Counted from the stretch's first letter, positions 1-13,726 are shown. The stretch: 64,000 nt of DNA from Okamejei kenojei (GCA_035221665.1 CM069164.1:20336001-20400000), one strand, 5' to 3'. Translations and numbers: made by a program. Notes: generated by a model not told the origin, from the sequence alone.

Positions 1-3000
1 GCCAATTAACCTACAAACCTATACGTCTTTGGAATGTGGGAGGAAACAGAAGCACCCAGAGAAATCCCACGCGATCACAGGTCAATGTACAAACTCCATA
101 CAGACAGCACCCATAGTCAGAATCAAAACCGGGTCTCTCGCGCTGGGAAGCAGCAACTCCACCTCTGCACTACTATGCTGCCCTGAATTCACAGATCTGG
201 GTCCCTATTAGGTTTGAAAGTTAACACAGCAAATTTGCCCAAAAATCAGCTAAACCCAGTTTAAAGGGCAGCGTGACTCTAACTTACGTTTCTACAAATC
301 ATTTGCACCACTTGTTGAAAGCAGTACATTTCGTAAGCAACTACGGTCAGTTCCATATCTACAACCCAGGAACACTGCCGAAGTTACCTGGGCATGAGAT
401 GGAAAACCTCTCATATAGGTCTTCCCATGCTCCAGATGGATTGCAGTGGAAGGCAAAGCTTTATCCCATTGATAAAGCTGCTCTTTCAATGTATTATATT
501 TGGGGAGATAATTAAAAATTACCAAAAACAAAGTAAATATTTTTTGAATAATTTAAACATATCACTTCTAATGTGATGTTTACAATAATTTTGAGCAAAG
601 TGATGAAAAAAAAATGTGGAGTGAATTCCATAAGAACATAGATCGCAAGAGTAGGCCATTCTTTTCCTTCTTTAATACCCTCAGACGTTATATCTTTTAT
701 CCTGTAACTGTACACTGTGGACAGCTGTGCATAGTCACAAATGGTTTTTTCGCAGACTGGATAGAATGCGACAAAAAGCTTTTCATTGTACCTCTGTACA
801 TGTGACAATAAAAATCTAAACTAAACTCAGCGCGATCATGGCCACTGTTGTACTTTACCACCACATTCTTGCACGAACCCCATATTTCCAGATTCCCGAA
901 ACATTCAAAAATGTGTTGTTCTTGGATATATCCAGTGACTGAGGACCCTGTGGTCCTTTTTGTCATAGAATTCGCTACTCTCTTAATGACGACATTTCTT
1001 CTCATAGCACAAACAAAAATTGCTTGAAGAACTCAGTCAGTCAATCAACTTTTGTGGAATGAGAAATTGTGATTAATGTTTCTCATTAGGGTCCGTCTCA
1101 GAATTCCTAGATATAATTGTTTCTGATTACTGCACACCGCATCTGCATTTTTGTGATTTCCAAATTTCTCCTCATCGTTGTCCTGAATGGCTAGCTCTTC
1201 AGTTTGAAACCCTCACCCTAGCAAAGGAAAACAAGACCCTGAATCTCGCTAATTAAATCCCATAAAAGTGAATTCCCTCTACAGATGCTGCCGGACCAGC
1301 TGAGATCCTCCAAGTTTGTTTTTTTGCTCAAGCCTCATAACAATTGTGTACATTTTAATGAAATTACCTGGAATAAATAACTTGCCAATAAAATGGCATA
1401 CTGGACATTGTGGGCCAAAAGCATTGTTTTTTTGCTGGACAACCCCATTTACTTTTCTAAACTGGAAGATTTAGGACCTACCCTGGACTTAATTCGGGTG
1501 AACCTTTTGCTGCACTTTCTATTCTTCCTAAGGTTAGGAGACCAGACCTGTACATAATATTGCTGAAGTGAGCTCAATGGGTATTTCACAATTGGAAAGT
1601 TAAAAACTGCTGATGCTGGAAATCTGAAATACAAATGTGCTGTAAAAACTTAGCAGGTCGGGCAGCCTCTGTGAAGACAGAAACAGAGTTAGTGTTTCAG
1701 ATCTGTGGATTTTTTAAACCAAACTTATAATTCGTGAAAGGAGATTTTCCTCTTCCAGACCCTAACCATTTGCTTAGTAAAAAGATTGTCCCGCATGATA
1801 GTTTTGGTTCTTCTGCCAGTCATCATAATTTTATATTCCTCTCTGCCTAATCATACAACTAATTTTATAATTCTACACACTTCTTTCAAGTTTCATCATA
1901 ACCTTTCTTGTACCAAAGAGAATGTTTCCAGCTTCACCGCTCCATCCATAATAAACATTTCAATTTTGAATGCTAATAACTTTGACACTATTAGGCGTTT
2001 AAAAAAAAAATTAAACTTATAAAGGAAACAATGAGTAGTCATGCATAGTATAAAAATGATTTCCATTTACTTAACATTGTTATTGACAGGTGATGGGTCA
2101 GACATTGATACAAATAGTTTGATAATAAGTATATTTGCAAGTGCACAGTTACCAATCTCAAAAATATTAGCAGATATGTTTAAAGTAAATTTTAAACACT
2201 TTCTAAAGTGCTGCCGGCTATTGTAGATTTTCCATTCAGCACCAAACTTGGGCAAATCTCCCTAAACAGTATGACAAATTTGAGGTAAATTTGCATTTGA
2301 TTCATGAAAAGCAGAAATTTTAACCAAGAATCTTAAAATATATAAAGTACCAGTACCTTTAAGTACTTCAGAGCAATAAAAATGGAAAGTGGATACTTAG
2401 CAAATGAGGGGAACATTAGGAAAGGTGACCAAGAGATTCAGCAGGGATAGGTTTTAAATGGAAGGCAGGAAGATGGAGAGTTTGTTGGGTTGAGGGAGCT
2501 CAAAGAAGGGAATGCTTGGGGTCCCTGGAGGGGGGGGGGGGGGGGGCAACTTCCAAGTTGCAATGAATCTGACCAATGGTATCTATAACTGCTTGTTGAA
2601 CTCCAATAGATTTTCTAAAGAATGTATCACTTCGTTTTTCTCTTGCCCAAGGTTAATTATCATTATAGTTTTCAGTCTCTAAAATTGGAGTCACAAACAC
2701 AGCATGGAAATTGGCTCTTCAGCACCATCAGGTCAACAATCAAGCACGCACTTACACCAGTCCTGCACTGATCCCATTTATATTCTCTTCACACTCACAT
2801 CACATTGTTCTTCTTAAGCACCAGGAACTATTCACAGTGGCCAATTAACTGACCGACACACATACCTTTGTGATGACTGGAGGAAGCTGGAGCACTTTTG
2901 GGGAAAGCCATGCAGCCATGGAGAATGTGCAAACTCCATATTGGCCGAGCTGACGGTTAGGGATGATGAAACTTTTGCACACAAATGTTTACACAATCTT

Positions 3001-4508
3001 AAAGGCTTAGGATTTTGGTCATTCCAAAAGCACAACTGGAGCTTTCAGCGTCGATCTCAACAAAACACTAATAAATTGACCACATTTTCTGACAGTATCA
3101 TTTTGTATAACTTGGGGGAAAAACAATTCCCTTCGTTAAGCCCATGGAAATTATTGCCTGCAATGCATAAAACGTCAGTGTGCTTGCTAACCTCTTGTTC
3201 TCAGGTTGCTACTTTGAGCATTAAGTAAGTCACTTAAGCGGGTTTGTAGGGTAAAAGTACATTGGTAAATGGTGGAAACTGAGAGGAATTGATGAGAAGG
3301 AGGGGAGAACGATAAATGGGATTAATTTAGAATTGGTGAGAACCGCTGGTTGTTGGTTGGTGCAGACTCCGTGGGCTGAATGGCCTGTTTTCATGCTGTT
3401 TCATTCCATGATTCTATGAGGTGCTACAGTGGCACCTTAGGGTCCAAGTTCATAGCTCCCTGAAAATGGCAGCCTAAATAAAAGGAGTGGTAAAGAAGCA
3501 TATGTTCTGCTTGCCCTTGTTTGGTTGGGATTGGGTACAAGAGTAAGGGAAGTAAATAAAGACACAAAGTGCTGGAGTAACTCAGTAAAATCAAGCAGTG
3601 AACAAAAATTAGGAACCAAGCTTATTTTCTGTAAATATATCTGGTATACAATTAGTTTCTACTGAGGCAAGCTACAAATTTAACTCAACACATAATTTGA
3701 TTTATGTCATTCATATAAATGTATTTCAGCTTTAAATATATGTTCTGTGTTCAATACACAGCTTTAATGATAACTGTATAATCTACATCATCCAAAGATG
3801 CAAGTCTGAAGGGTGACTGAAAGCAGAAAACGCTCCATATACAAAATGCTAATGGTAATATTCATGCTGCATATACTCGGGTTGTATTGGTTCTACATTG
3901 CAATTCCATACACTGCACCCAATCTTTATATCTCATCACTGTAAACCCAGCTAGTTTTCAAATGAATCTTTAGGAAGTTCTGTTTGCAGGAACCATGCTT
4001 AATGCAAATCTAAAAAGATCTATACCATAAATTAGCTGCATGCATACTTCATTAATTTTACATCAGATATCATGAATGCCAACAGGATTTCAATATTATA
4101 AACCACTGGAGTTTAGGGTACCACTTACAAGTTTTGCGATTTATGAACAGTTCTACTTTTCATAATTACCACCACTATCGTGAACAATTCAAGATTTATT
4201 CCCACATACTTGGGGTTAAAAACAAAGTGCACAACTGAACATTTTGTAGTTGAACGTTAGAAAGTACATCATGTCCCCAAAGATCAACAAGCACATGAAT
4301 ACATCTACTTTTGTTTGTATATCACCAGAACTGCATTTGTCCATTTTATGGAAACTGTTCATTTCTTAGAATGACAAATCGCTTCCCATCTGCAGGTACA
4401 AGAAACTATGAATAACACAAATATTGTATACTCTTCTCCACAGTTATATTACATCAAGTTAATTTACCTTTAAGTAAAACCATTTACTCTCTGCTCATGT
4501 ACATAATA

Positions 4509-4514
4509 TTTATT
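4509..4514 (-). terminator. Candidate polyadenylation signal AATAAA (a second at 4200-4195)
   Basis: TTTATT on the plus strand about 70 nt past the stop; AT-rich region, so the site actually used is unknown. Confidence 0.4.
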
Positions 4515-4582
4515 TAAAGAAATGATACAAAAATTGTCAGCATGTCAACAAATTCTCTCCCTTTCTTGTCAGTAGTTATAAA

Positions 4583-4779
4583 TTAAAATGGAGATATTAA
4601 GTCTTGAAACAACTTTAAATCTTTCCGATTTTCCTTCAGTTTTCCAGGGCAGCCGTATTCATGTAGTTTCAATGGAACATACTGCTGCAAGGAGGCAGCC
4701 AGCTGCCCAACACTGTGGCTTATAATTTTAATCCATGCTGGTTTCAGCTGGCCCTTGAATCCTAACATAGCAAAACTTC
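4583..4779 (-). CDS. CEMIP2-like: Exon 24, terminal coding part (SFAMLGFKG...QYVPLKLHEYGCP...ISPF*)
   Basis: ttctgattttAG acceptor, phase 1, TAA at 4585-4583; resembles the CEMIP2 C-terminus. Confidence 0.94.
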
Positions 4780-5526
4780 CTAAAATCAGAAAGGAACAAT
4801 TTATTGTTAATTTTGATCTTTCCATATTCGGATGTCAGCTATATATTTAAACAAATGTAGTGTTCAGTATTTGTAATTCTTACTTGTTTGAAAAAAGTAC
4901 CGTACAGGGTAATAATAAAAAAATATATATAAACTAAAAATCTATGAACAAAGCTTTAAGTTTAAGAAAAAGGCAATAGGGAACAATTCACTGGCTCATG
5001 GAATGCATTATAAATCTTTTACCCAAATACCTTTGGATTGTTAAATGTCTATATTGAGCAGCAGAGGAGATTTCAGAAGAGCGAACAAAGGAGAGGAAGT
5101 TATATGCTTCGACATAATAAAACATTTATTCCCCTCTTCACAGCATCCAACTGGTCTCTTCAAATATTACAGATGTCCGTTCTCCTACACACAGCCAATG
5201 GTTTGTATTAATTGGTCTGATGTGCTTCCAAATGTCATCCCTCGATACAGTGATTGGAGCCCATCCAAAAATATGAGCTGATGGGTGATTATAACTGGTC
5301 ATTGATCAATTTACGGTAGTAACAGACCATTTAAAGTTTTGATTTTAAACAAAAATATTGAATTAGTCAGCCTCCGTCAGTACTGTACTGGAATGTAATT
5401 GGTGATCAAATGTTGACAAGTGCAGCATAGTGAGTGTGGGGAACCTATAGTCCAGACTGCAGTCCTTGAATCGTATCTGCTTAACCATTTTCTATCTATT
5501 GTTTTAAGCCAACGTGCAATACTCTT

Positions 5527-6452
5527 TGGTAGACACAAAGTGCTGAAGTAACTCTGCGGGACAGGCAGCATCGCTGGGGAGAAGGAATGGGTGACGTTTC
5601 GGGTTGAGACCCTTCTTCAGACTGATGTCAGGGGAGTGGGCGGAACAGAGATAGAATGTAGTCGGAGACAGTAAGACTGGTGGGAGAACTGGGAAAGGGG
5701 AGGGGATGGAAAGCAAGGGCTATTTGAGTTAGAGAACTCAATGTTCATACTGCTGTGGTGTAATCTACCCAAGTAAAATATGAGGTGCTGTTCGTTCAAT
5801 TTGCGCTGGGCCTCACTCTGACAATGGAGGACGCCCAGGACAGAAAGGTCAGATTGGGAATGGGAAGGTGAGCAACCGGGAGATCAGGTAGGTTAAGGTG
5901 GACTGAGCAGAGGTGTTCAGCGAAATGATCGCTGAGCTTACGCTTGGTCTTGCCGATGGATAGGAGTTGACACCTGGAACAGTGGATACAGTAGATGAGG
6001 TTGGAGAAGGTGCAAGTGAACCTCTACCTCACCTGAAAAGACTGTCAGGATCCTTGGATGGCGTCGAGAGGGGAGGTAAAGGGACAGGTGTTGCATTTCC
6101 TGCGGTTGCAGGCGAAGGTACCTGGGGAGGGAGTGGTTTGGGTGGGAAGGGATGAGTTGACCAGGGAGTTGAGGGAACGGTCTCTGCGGAAAGCAGAAAG
6201 GGGTGGAGATGGGAAGATGTGGCCAATAGTGGGATCACGTTGGAGGTGGCCAAAATATTGGAGGATTATGTGCCGTATGCAACGGCTGATGGGGTGGAAG
6301 GTGAGGACAAGGGGGACTCTGTCCTTGTTCCAAATGGCGGGAGGGGGAGTAAGAGCGGAGCAGCAGGATATCGAGGAGTCCCTAATGAGAGCCTCATCTA
6401 TAATGGGAGAGGGGAACTCCCGTTTCCTAAAGAATGAGGACATCTCCGATGA
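5527..6452 (-). mobile_element. Penelope-like retroelement, 5'-truncated (RT C-terminus, GIY-YIG endonuclease, pLTR)
   Basis: Minus strand encodes RVPLVLTFHP, CNRRKCNTC and LIYCIHCSRCQLLSIGKTKRKLSDHFAEH, with frameshifts; the 3' end carries a hammerhead-like motif. Confidence 0.88.
5590..5622 (-). ncRNA. Minimal hammerhead-ribozyme-like motif in the Penelope pLTR
   Basis: gt-CTGAAGA-a-GGGT-ctca-ACCC-GAAAC-GTC-ac: intact core boxes, 4-bp stem II, ACGT palindromic stem III; stem I only about 2 bp. Confidence 0.55.
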
Positions 6453-7526
6453 CATGGTAAAATGCTCTTTTGCAATCCTCCATGCTTGGTATTCCTCGGT
6501 TTGGCAAAGTCAGTTAGCTTTTTTTTTCAGAGAATTGGGATAGCACCTATGCCAACATATTAACAAGCAAAAATGAATTCAAAACTGGTAACTAATTTTG
6601 GCCTTTGATAATTTACATGCCAGATTAACTTCTTGGCTTGTCATTTGTTTTGTTCCCGCAGAAAGCATAACATCATCAGCTACGATGAATCCACATTAAG
6701 TGATATTTATGTTAAAATGTTGACAGAAGTTAAAATGTTTTGAATGATTCTGAAATGTGCCAATATCTCTGGACAAACACTGCCTTAATGCAATAGAATG
6801 TAATCTCCTTTCTGCTGTAAAATTTCCAATACGGTGGGAACAAGAGGGATGACTTCCTTAGTTCTGGTTCTTAGCAATAAGAGCAGATTTCCGGAGTTAA
6901 TGTTAATTTAATGCACTAAATTCACAACTTTCCAATGTGATTTTTCAGACAATGGAGTGAGTATTATTATTGTAAGATCATAAGTGATACGAGTAGAATT
7001 AGGCCATTCGGCCCATCAAGTCTACTCCGCCAATCATGGCTGATCTATCTCTCCCTCTTAACCCCGTTCTCCTGCCTTCTCCCCATAACCCTTGACACCC
7101 GTACTAATCAAGAATCTAGCCATCTCTGCCTTAAATATATCCACTGACTTTGCCTCCACAGCCTTATGTGGCAAAGAATTCCACAGATTCAACACACTCT
7201 CACTACAGAAGGAACATGTGTGGGGGGAGCTTATAATAGAAGGGTTTCGGCCCGAAACATTGCCTATTTCCGTCGCTCCATAGATGCTGCCGCACCCGCT
7301 GAGTTTCTCCAGCATTTTTTTTTGTCTCTTATAAAAAGCTAGGATCTTCATAATCAGTTCTTGAACAATAACATTTTAAGTTCTACTACCCATTATGGCA
7401 TACGATATTTCAACAATATTGTTATGAATTCATACCCTGGACACTGTAATGAATAAGATTATTAATCATCAATATTGCTTTTTTAAAAAAAATGGAGAAC
7501 CAGCACAAAAAAAAAAAAAAAATCAC

Positions 7527-7636
7527 CTTCCGTGAAAAATTTGATGGGCTTTGCAGCACCTATCCTGAGAAAAGCTGAAGACATACGGTTTAGTGGCCAG
7601 GCATAATCGCCCCTTGAACAGACCAGAGTAATTGAT
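7527..7636 (-). CDS. CEMIP2-like: Exon 23 (SITLVCSRG...IGAAKPIKFFTE)
   Basis: Translated by hand; 110 nt, phase 2-1, tcctttgcAG/GTGATT. Confidence 0.9.
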
Positions 7637-7769
7637 CTGCAAAGGAAACAGAACAAAAAAAGAAACTAATAACAAGGATGAGCAAAGTTCATTGTTAAAT
7701 CAGTTGGAAGACATTCTTTCCAAAATGGTCAATGCCCGCAAATCAACATGGTTAACGAAATAGCTCAGC

Positions 7770-7985
7770 ACCCAAGTAAGTGAAATACAGTATCTCCTAT
7801 TGGCAACATATGGATCTCCTGTTTGGCAATGTTATAAATAATGTGGACCTCGGCAAAATATATCATGCCGCACTTTGGTGCTGATACAACATACCACATC
7901 ATGACAGACAAGAGGTAGAGAATGTAGACACAGTCCTTGATATAGGGCCTCAACATGAAAACCACACACGTTCCTTCATTAGCAA
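7770..7985 (-). mobile_element. Highly decayed Penelope GIY-YIG fragment
   Basis: Across a frameshift it reads DVVCCIS / KCGMIYFAE...LPIG, resembling VVYCI.C.KC...YIGET. Confidence 0.4.
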
Positions 7986-8600
7986 GATTCTGAAGATATC
8001 AGAGAAGAAAGTGCAGAAATACAGATCTTCAAAAGAAAATATAGTCATCAGATAACTAGTTGTTTACATGTATCCTTCCTGTGCTCAACACACACAATTA
8101 GAAAAAAGCTTAATAAACCAATAAAAAAACTTAATAAAATAAGTCTGAATAATATAACAAATTTCAGAACAGAAGGAAGAATATAAAGAACAAACATACA
8201 TGAACATAGGTAATGGGAAGATTTAGAATGAATGGAAAAATCAGATAATTGACTTGTAAAATGCACCATTTTGGAGGTCTTGTATATTATGATCCATCGA
8301 TAAGACCTGTCCCAGTTCAGTTAAATTATGTGTGTAGAAGGTTATACAATTTATCTTCAAAAACAGGAAAGCAGACTTTATTTAAATGTCTCTTCACACT
8401 TGCTGGAATGTCAAAATTCTTAAGCTTCTGCTTGTGCAGGCTCAATGAATGGCCTACTCCTGCATTCTCTATGTTTCTATCTTCAAGTTGTCTCTGAAGT
8501 CTTGGAAGAGGATGACAATTGTTCTATCCACATTTTCACAGCTGCTTTCACATTGACAGTAGGCATTTTATGAAAAATAGATAATTGACCATCTGCTCAC

Positions 8601-8761
8601 CTTTCCGGAATGATTGCTTGGATGTAATTAGCTATAGAGTCAGCCATTGGCAGCGTTTGGACTGTATCAAAGTGCTGTCTGCCCAATATCTCTCCAGAAC
8701 ATGCGTCTACTGTGATAACAAACAACCCCGCCTTCTCAAAGAGTAAAACATCATCATTCAC
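8601..8761 (-). CDS. CEMIP2-like: Exon 22, second GG domain (VNDDV...AGLFVITVDACS...IIPER)
   Basis: Translated by hand; 161 nt, phase 0-2, AG/GTGAG. Confidence 0.92.
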
Positions 8762-10444
8762 CTACAGGAACAGAATGACAACACTTCATTTTGCCTGCAA
8801 GAAATCAAATGCTTTTGAAACAGTTTTAATAAAATCCAAATAAATTCTGCACTGATAACAGAAGATTGCTATTTTCAATCGGTTTGGAAATCCAACTCAG
8901 TCATTGGTCAAAAAACTTTAAATCAAAAGTTTCATTGGTTACTATAGTGAGATATTTGTAATTGTAATGTGTGTTATCAGAATAGAGATTCAGCAAATAC
9001 AGGTTCAAGTTCTATCGTAACAGCTTAAACATGTAAATTCCGTTTTTGTTTTTTTTAATACTTAGAATCTGTAGTTGATTATGACTTTAATTATGTGACC
9101 CTGAAGCTATTTGTTACGCTAAAACCAAATGGATAAAGAATGTACCTGTTGGACCTAATAGGTATTTCCTCCAAACAAGTTGAGTCAGAACCTAATGTGT
9201 TTGGTTTTTGAATTGTCCTTGAAAGTGCACTAGGGGGAGCCATGCAAATAGAAACGGTCCCCACAACCTACTCTTGGCAACTCTATATATTAATTAATGT
9301 ATTGCCCATCCCTATTTGGTAATCTCCACAACTTCCCACCTCATGGCACTTTTCCATGCAACTGCCAGAATGCAACAGCTTCTCTGGAATTGTTGCCACA
9401 CAGCGGAACCTAGAGGTCCATGTCCATAGTTCTCTGAAAGTGGAAACACTGGAGGCTAGGAAGGTGAAGGTGACATGCTGTCACAGGTAGGTTGGGCTTG
9501 TTTTTCTGTAGTGAAGAAGACTGAGAGATGACCTGAAAGAAGTAAACAAGGTAATCGGAGACACAAGGTAGATAGCTGAAGTCCTATTCCCATAGTAGGG
9601 GTCTCAAAACAAGAGGAAATGGTCTTGAGATCCAGAGGACGGAAATAGGTCCTTCGGCTCAACTTGACCATGCTTACTAAGATGCCCCATCTACGCTAGT
9701 TCCTCCTGCCCGTGTATGGCCCACATTCCTCTAAACCTTTCCCGTTCATGTACCTGTCAAAATGTATTTTAAATATTGCTTTGGTACGTGCCTCAACCAC
9801 CTCCGCTGGTGTCTTGTGTTCCATAAAGTTGTCCCTCAGGTTTCTATTAAATCTTTCTGCTCTCACCTTAAACCCATGTCCTCTGCATTTTGATTCCCCT
9901 ACTCTGGGTGAAAGATTCTGTGCAGTCGCCCCCATCTGGATGCCCGTAGCAATTTGGGGCTTGCCTGGTACGGGCACCGCTCATAATACCTCGAGCATGG
10001 AGTGGACTCTGAAAATGGCACCTCTTGCATGTGGGATCAGTAGACAGTTCCTGTGCAAATTTGCTAATCAGGTTGTAAGAAAAGAATTTCACTCAGCGTT
10101 TGTACTTCGCACATGTGACAATGAAAGCAGCAATAACCATTCAAAGGATTCAAATTTCGGAGTTATGGGTTGTTTGGCTGGTATCATAATTCCCCAGCAT
10201 AGAACAAAATTAATGTTCAAGCCCATGGTCTGTGAGATTTCAAATTGGAGTTAATGACAGTTTTCTCCAAAATGGAAAAAAATCAGAATTATAAACAAAA
10301 AGTAGTACTTTAATAATATCAACGCGAATAGTGGCATACCAAGATATTGAATGAAATAATATTAAAACTACCAGGTCAAAAAAAAGCTTTATCATTATAG
10401 GATAAAACAGAGAACTTCAGAAATAATCAATTTATCACTGTTAC

Positions 10445-10546
10445 CTTAATGAATGCAAATTCATGGCCATTTTGTAGGTCTCTTCTGCTCTGGGATTGTA
10501 TCTGAATTCTGATGTAAGTTGTGTGTGGATCGCTGGTGATTGCTAC
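10445..10546 (-). CDS. CEMIP2-like: Exon 21 (VAITSDPHTTYIRIQIQS...AFIK)
   Basis: Translated by hand; 102 nt, phase 0-0; TSDPH motif as in CEMIP2. Confidence 0.92.
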
Positions 10547-11437
10547 CTGGTATACAGTAGATATAAATATAATTACATTTAACGTCCAATGTCATTAATA
10601 ACACTTTGTCTCTCAACCCATCACTAGAAAACAAGCAAAAACATAGGCACCTTATAAAATGATTTCTGGCACCTCAACAAAAAAAAAAAACAAAAAAAAA
10701 ATAGGTTACACTGATTGAATTTTTAATTTGTTTAGTGAGAATCGCTGGTGCCAACTCACATTAAAATCACACAATAGATGCATTATGCAGGAAAGGATCT
10801 TGTTTGGTTTCATTGGAGAATGGGGTTTGCAGGGATGTGAATACTTAATACATGTAAAATAGTGAAGACTTGGTAGATGGTTTGTCACTGAGGAATAGAG
10901 GCGAAGGACTAGGCTGTGGGCAGCTTGTGACAAGATGGTATTTCAACCTGCTGAAGAGACTAATGGACACAAGATGAGTGATTTATGCACCTGGAACCGG
11001 AGATTGATTAATGCAAAAAGAAGAGGCTTCTACAAAGGAAAGGTAACTGGAGCAAATATTCACTTAAAAAAGTTATTGTGAAACAGAGAAAGGGCTTTAA
11101 AATGAAAGACTGGAAAACAGAATTAAAACAAAGCATGTAATTTGGTTTTAAAATGCATTAGGAATAGGAATCACAGAATAAGCGAGAACATTTAATTTCC
11201 TTCAAGTATGGAAAAATAGGGCAGGTCTTGTATGGATTTGCATTCCTCTCTATCCAATTTTCCACTGCCTGCACAAACACATGAGCAGACAAAGGCCATG
11301 CTTGTTTCTGTTCCATTGTACAGTTTGATCATGGTTGACTTGTATCTAAAGTCCATCAACCCATGCTACTTCATTTCACTAATCCAACGGCAACCTCATT
11401 GTGATTAATCCACAGTTTTTGGAGTGAGATTTCAACC

Positions 11438-12026
11438 GTGTGGCGCCATACGATGGCAGCCTCGCCAACAGTCTGTCTCGTCCTTTTCTTCTTTTGTTGT
11501 TTTAAGTCTGTTGTTAAATGTATGTTTTAGTGTATCTTTAGTTTTGTATTATGTCAGGGGTGGGAGAATCTTTTTATTATCTCTTTCCTCGACGGAGATG
11601 CAACTTTTCCATATCGTATCTCCGTCCACACTGCGGCCTTAACATCGTGGAGATGGCGGTCCCTTTGCTGGGGATTGACTTCGGGAGCTCCAACTGCAGG
11701 AGACTGCGGATTTAACATTGTGGAACTTGCGATCCCTTTGTCAGGGATCGATTTTGGGAGCTCCAACCGCTGGAGCTTTGACCGCCCCAATGCGGGAGCT
11801 TCGACCGCCCTGACTGCCGATAGTTCGACTGCCCCGACCGCGGGCGAAAAGGTGGAAAGAAGATAATACGTTAGTGCCTTCCATCACAGTGCGCTGTAGT
11901 GGATGTTTATGTTAATTTTTATATAGTTGTGTGTCTTGTTGCCTTTTTGGTATGACTGTATGGCAAATCAAATTCCTTGTATGTTTTTACATACTTGGCT
12001 AATAAATTAATTACAATCACAATTAC
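11438..12026 (+). mobile_element. Unclassified CpG-rich non-autonomous retro-element
   Basis: Sharp composition change, internal degenerate repeats (gggagctccaac / gggagcttcgac), ends with AATAAA and an (attaca)n tail. Confidence 0.5.
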
Positions 12027-12074
12027 TTGGTGGGAAGGAAGAGGTGCTTTATGATTACACTCCGGCAAGATCTA

Positions 12075-12770
12075 GTTTGATTTAATTTAGAGATACAGCA
12101 TGAAACAGGCCCTTCGGCCCACTGAGTCTATGCTGACCAACAATCACCCAGTCACACCAGTGCTATATTAACCAACATTCTCAATCATTCCCTACTCTTT
12201 AGAGGCAATTTTATACAGAGGTCAATTAACCTACATGTCTTTGGTGGGACGAAACGGAGCACCGAGAGCAGGGGTGGGGAACCTTTTCATGTTGGAATGC
12301 CGCATTAAGTTAGCTGTAATCTAACCTGTAATAAGGCCGCAACCAACTTCAATTATATACACTTCAAACTGTACATTATTTGTTAAAATAACCCCCATGA
12401 CCTTTTAATTGTGGCCGTCAGTCGGGGAGGATTATTTCGTTGAATCTTCTTTTACTCTTTGGTATTTTAAATGTTCATTTTAAGATTAAAATAAAAATAA
12501 TAAAAGACGAACAAAAACATATTAATTAAAAAACGGATTTGTTCTACAAAATTTGGATTCATTCAAAAGGCCGCACTTAATGGCCTAGATGGCCGCATGC
12601 GGTCTTAAGGCCGTAGGTTCCCCACCCCTGACCTAGAGGAATCTCATGCGGTCACAGGGAGAACATGCAAACTCCACACAGACAGCACCTGAGGTCAGGA
12701 TCAAACCTGGGTCTCTGGTGCTGGACCAGAGGCAACGGGTCTATCAGCTGCGCGGCTCTGTCACCCAAGC
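12075..12770 (-). mobile_element. tRNA-derived V-type SINE interrupted by the hAT MITE
   Basis: Sequence on both sides of the MITE joins into one copy of the SINE also seen at 21160-21433. Confidence 0.75.
12269..12630. mobile_element. hAT (Charlie-like) non-autonomous DNA transposon (MITE)
   Basis: Perfect 16-bp TIR CAGGGGTGGGGAACCT; 8-bp TSD ACCGAGAG/ACCTAGAG (7 of 8 match). Confidence 0.88.
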
Positions 12771-13503
12771 GTAAGGTTGTGCTTCCTTGTCTGAGATGAG
12801 TGAAGCACAGGAATTATTTCTCTGTATCATTCCTATTAAATATCATTACAATTTAACGAGGATTCATTAAAGCTTCCATGCCAAGGGTGAATCTATGCCA
12901 GCTGTCCTTGCAACTTAATTGGTTAAACGCTGGCACTATTTAGTTCAATTTGTGCTACAGCTTCTGTATGATTCAATGACTTTGTCAACTTCAGTGTCCT
13001 AGCCCAGGAGCAAGAAACCACCCATTTATCTTACCTCCCTGCATCTCATGCTAAGTGCACTCAATGTAGAGAGTGTTTGATGACACTGGGCCGTTACTCG
13101 TTGGAGTTTTGAAGGATAAGGGGGACTTCATTGAAACTTACTGAATAGTGAAAGGCTTGGATAGAGTGGATGTGGAGAGGATGTTTCCACTAGTGAGCGA
13201 GTAGGACCAGAGGTCATAGCCTCAGAATTAAAGGATGTTTCTTTCGGAAAGAGACGAGATTCAGAGGGTGGTGAATCTGTGGAATTAGTTGCCATGGAAG
13301 GCTGTGGAGGCCAAGTCAATGGATATTATTAAGGCAGAGATAGAAAGATTGTTGATTAGTACTGATGTAAGGGGTTATGCAGAGAAGGCAAGAGAATGGG
13401 GTTAAGAGGGAAACATAGATCAGCCATGATTGAATTGCAAGGTAGAGTTGATGGGCTGAATGGTCTAAATCTGCTCCTATCACGTGAGTTTATGATAGCA
13501 TAC

Positions 13504-13726
13504 CTGTGGTGCGCCACACTGACTGCAGGAAGCAGTGACACGCCCAGTTAGAGATGTGAGGTGGCCCAGCACACTTGTGTCTTTATTTGAATAACCAGTT
13601 TGCAAGCAGGAGCTGGTTTCCCAGGTGTTGATGTGTGCCAAGATCCTCACTCGCTCACACCCATGCTTGGAGCAGTAACTGTGACCTTTGCGTGTTTGTT
13701 TTGCTTGTAGGATAATAAAAAGAATC
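13504..13726 (-). CDS. CEMIP2-like: Exon 20 (ILFIILQAK...GHSYCSKHGCERV...CSQCGAPQ)
   Basis: 223 nt, phase 2-0, AG/GTATGC. Confidence 0.94.

Noticed and set aside
6058-6543. 161-aa plus-strand ORF
   Set aside because: Antisense shadow of the Penelope fragment.
9712-10254. 180-aa plus-strand ORF
   Set aside because: Begins in an antisense CR1 3' fragment, has no recognisable domain, and lies in intron 21 on the opposite strand.
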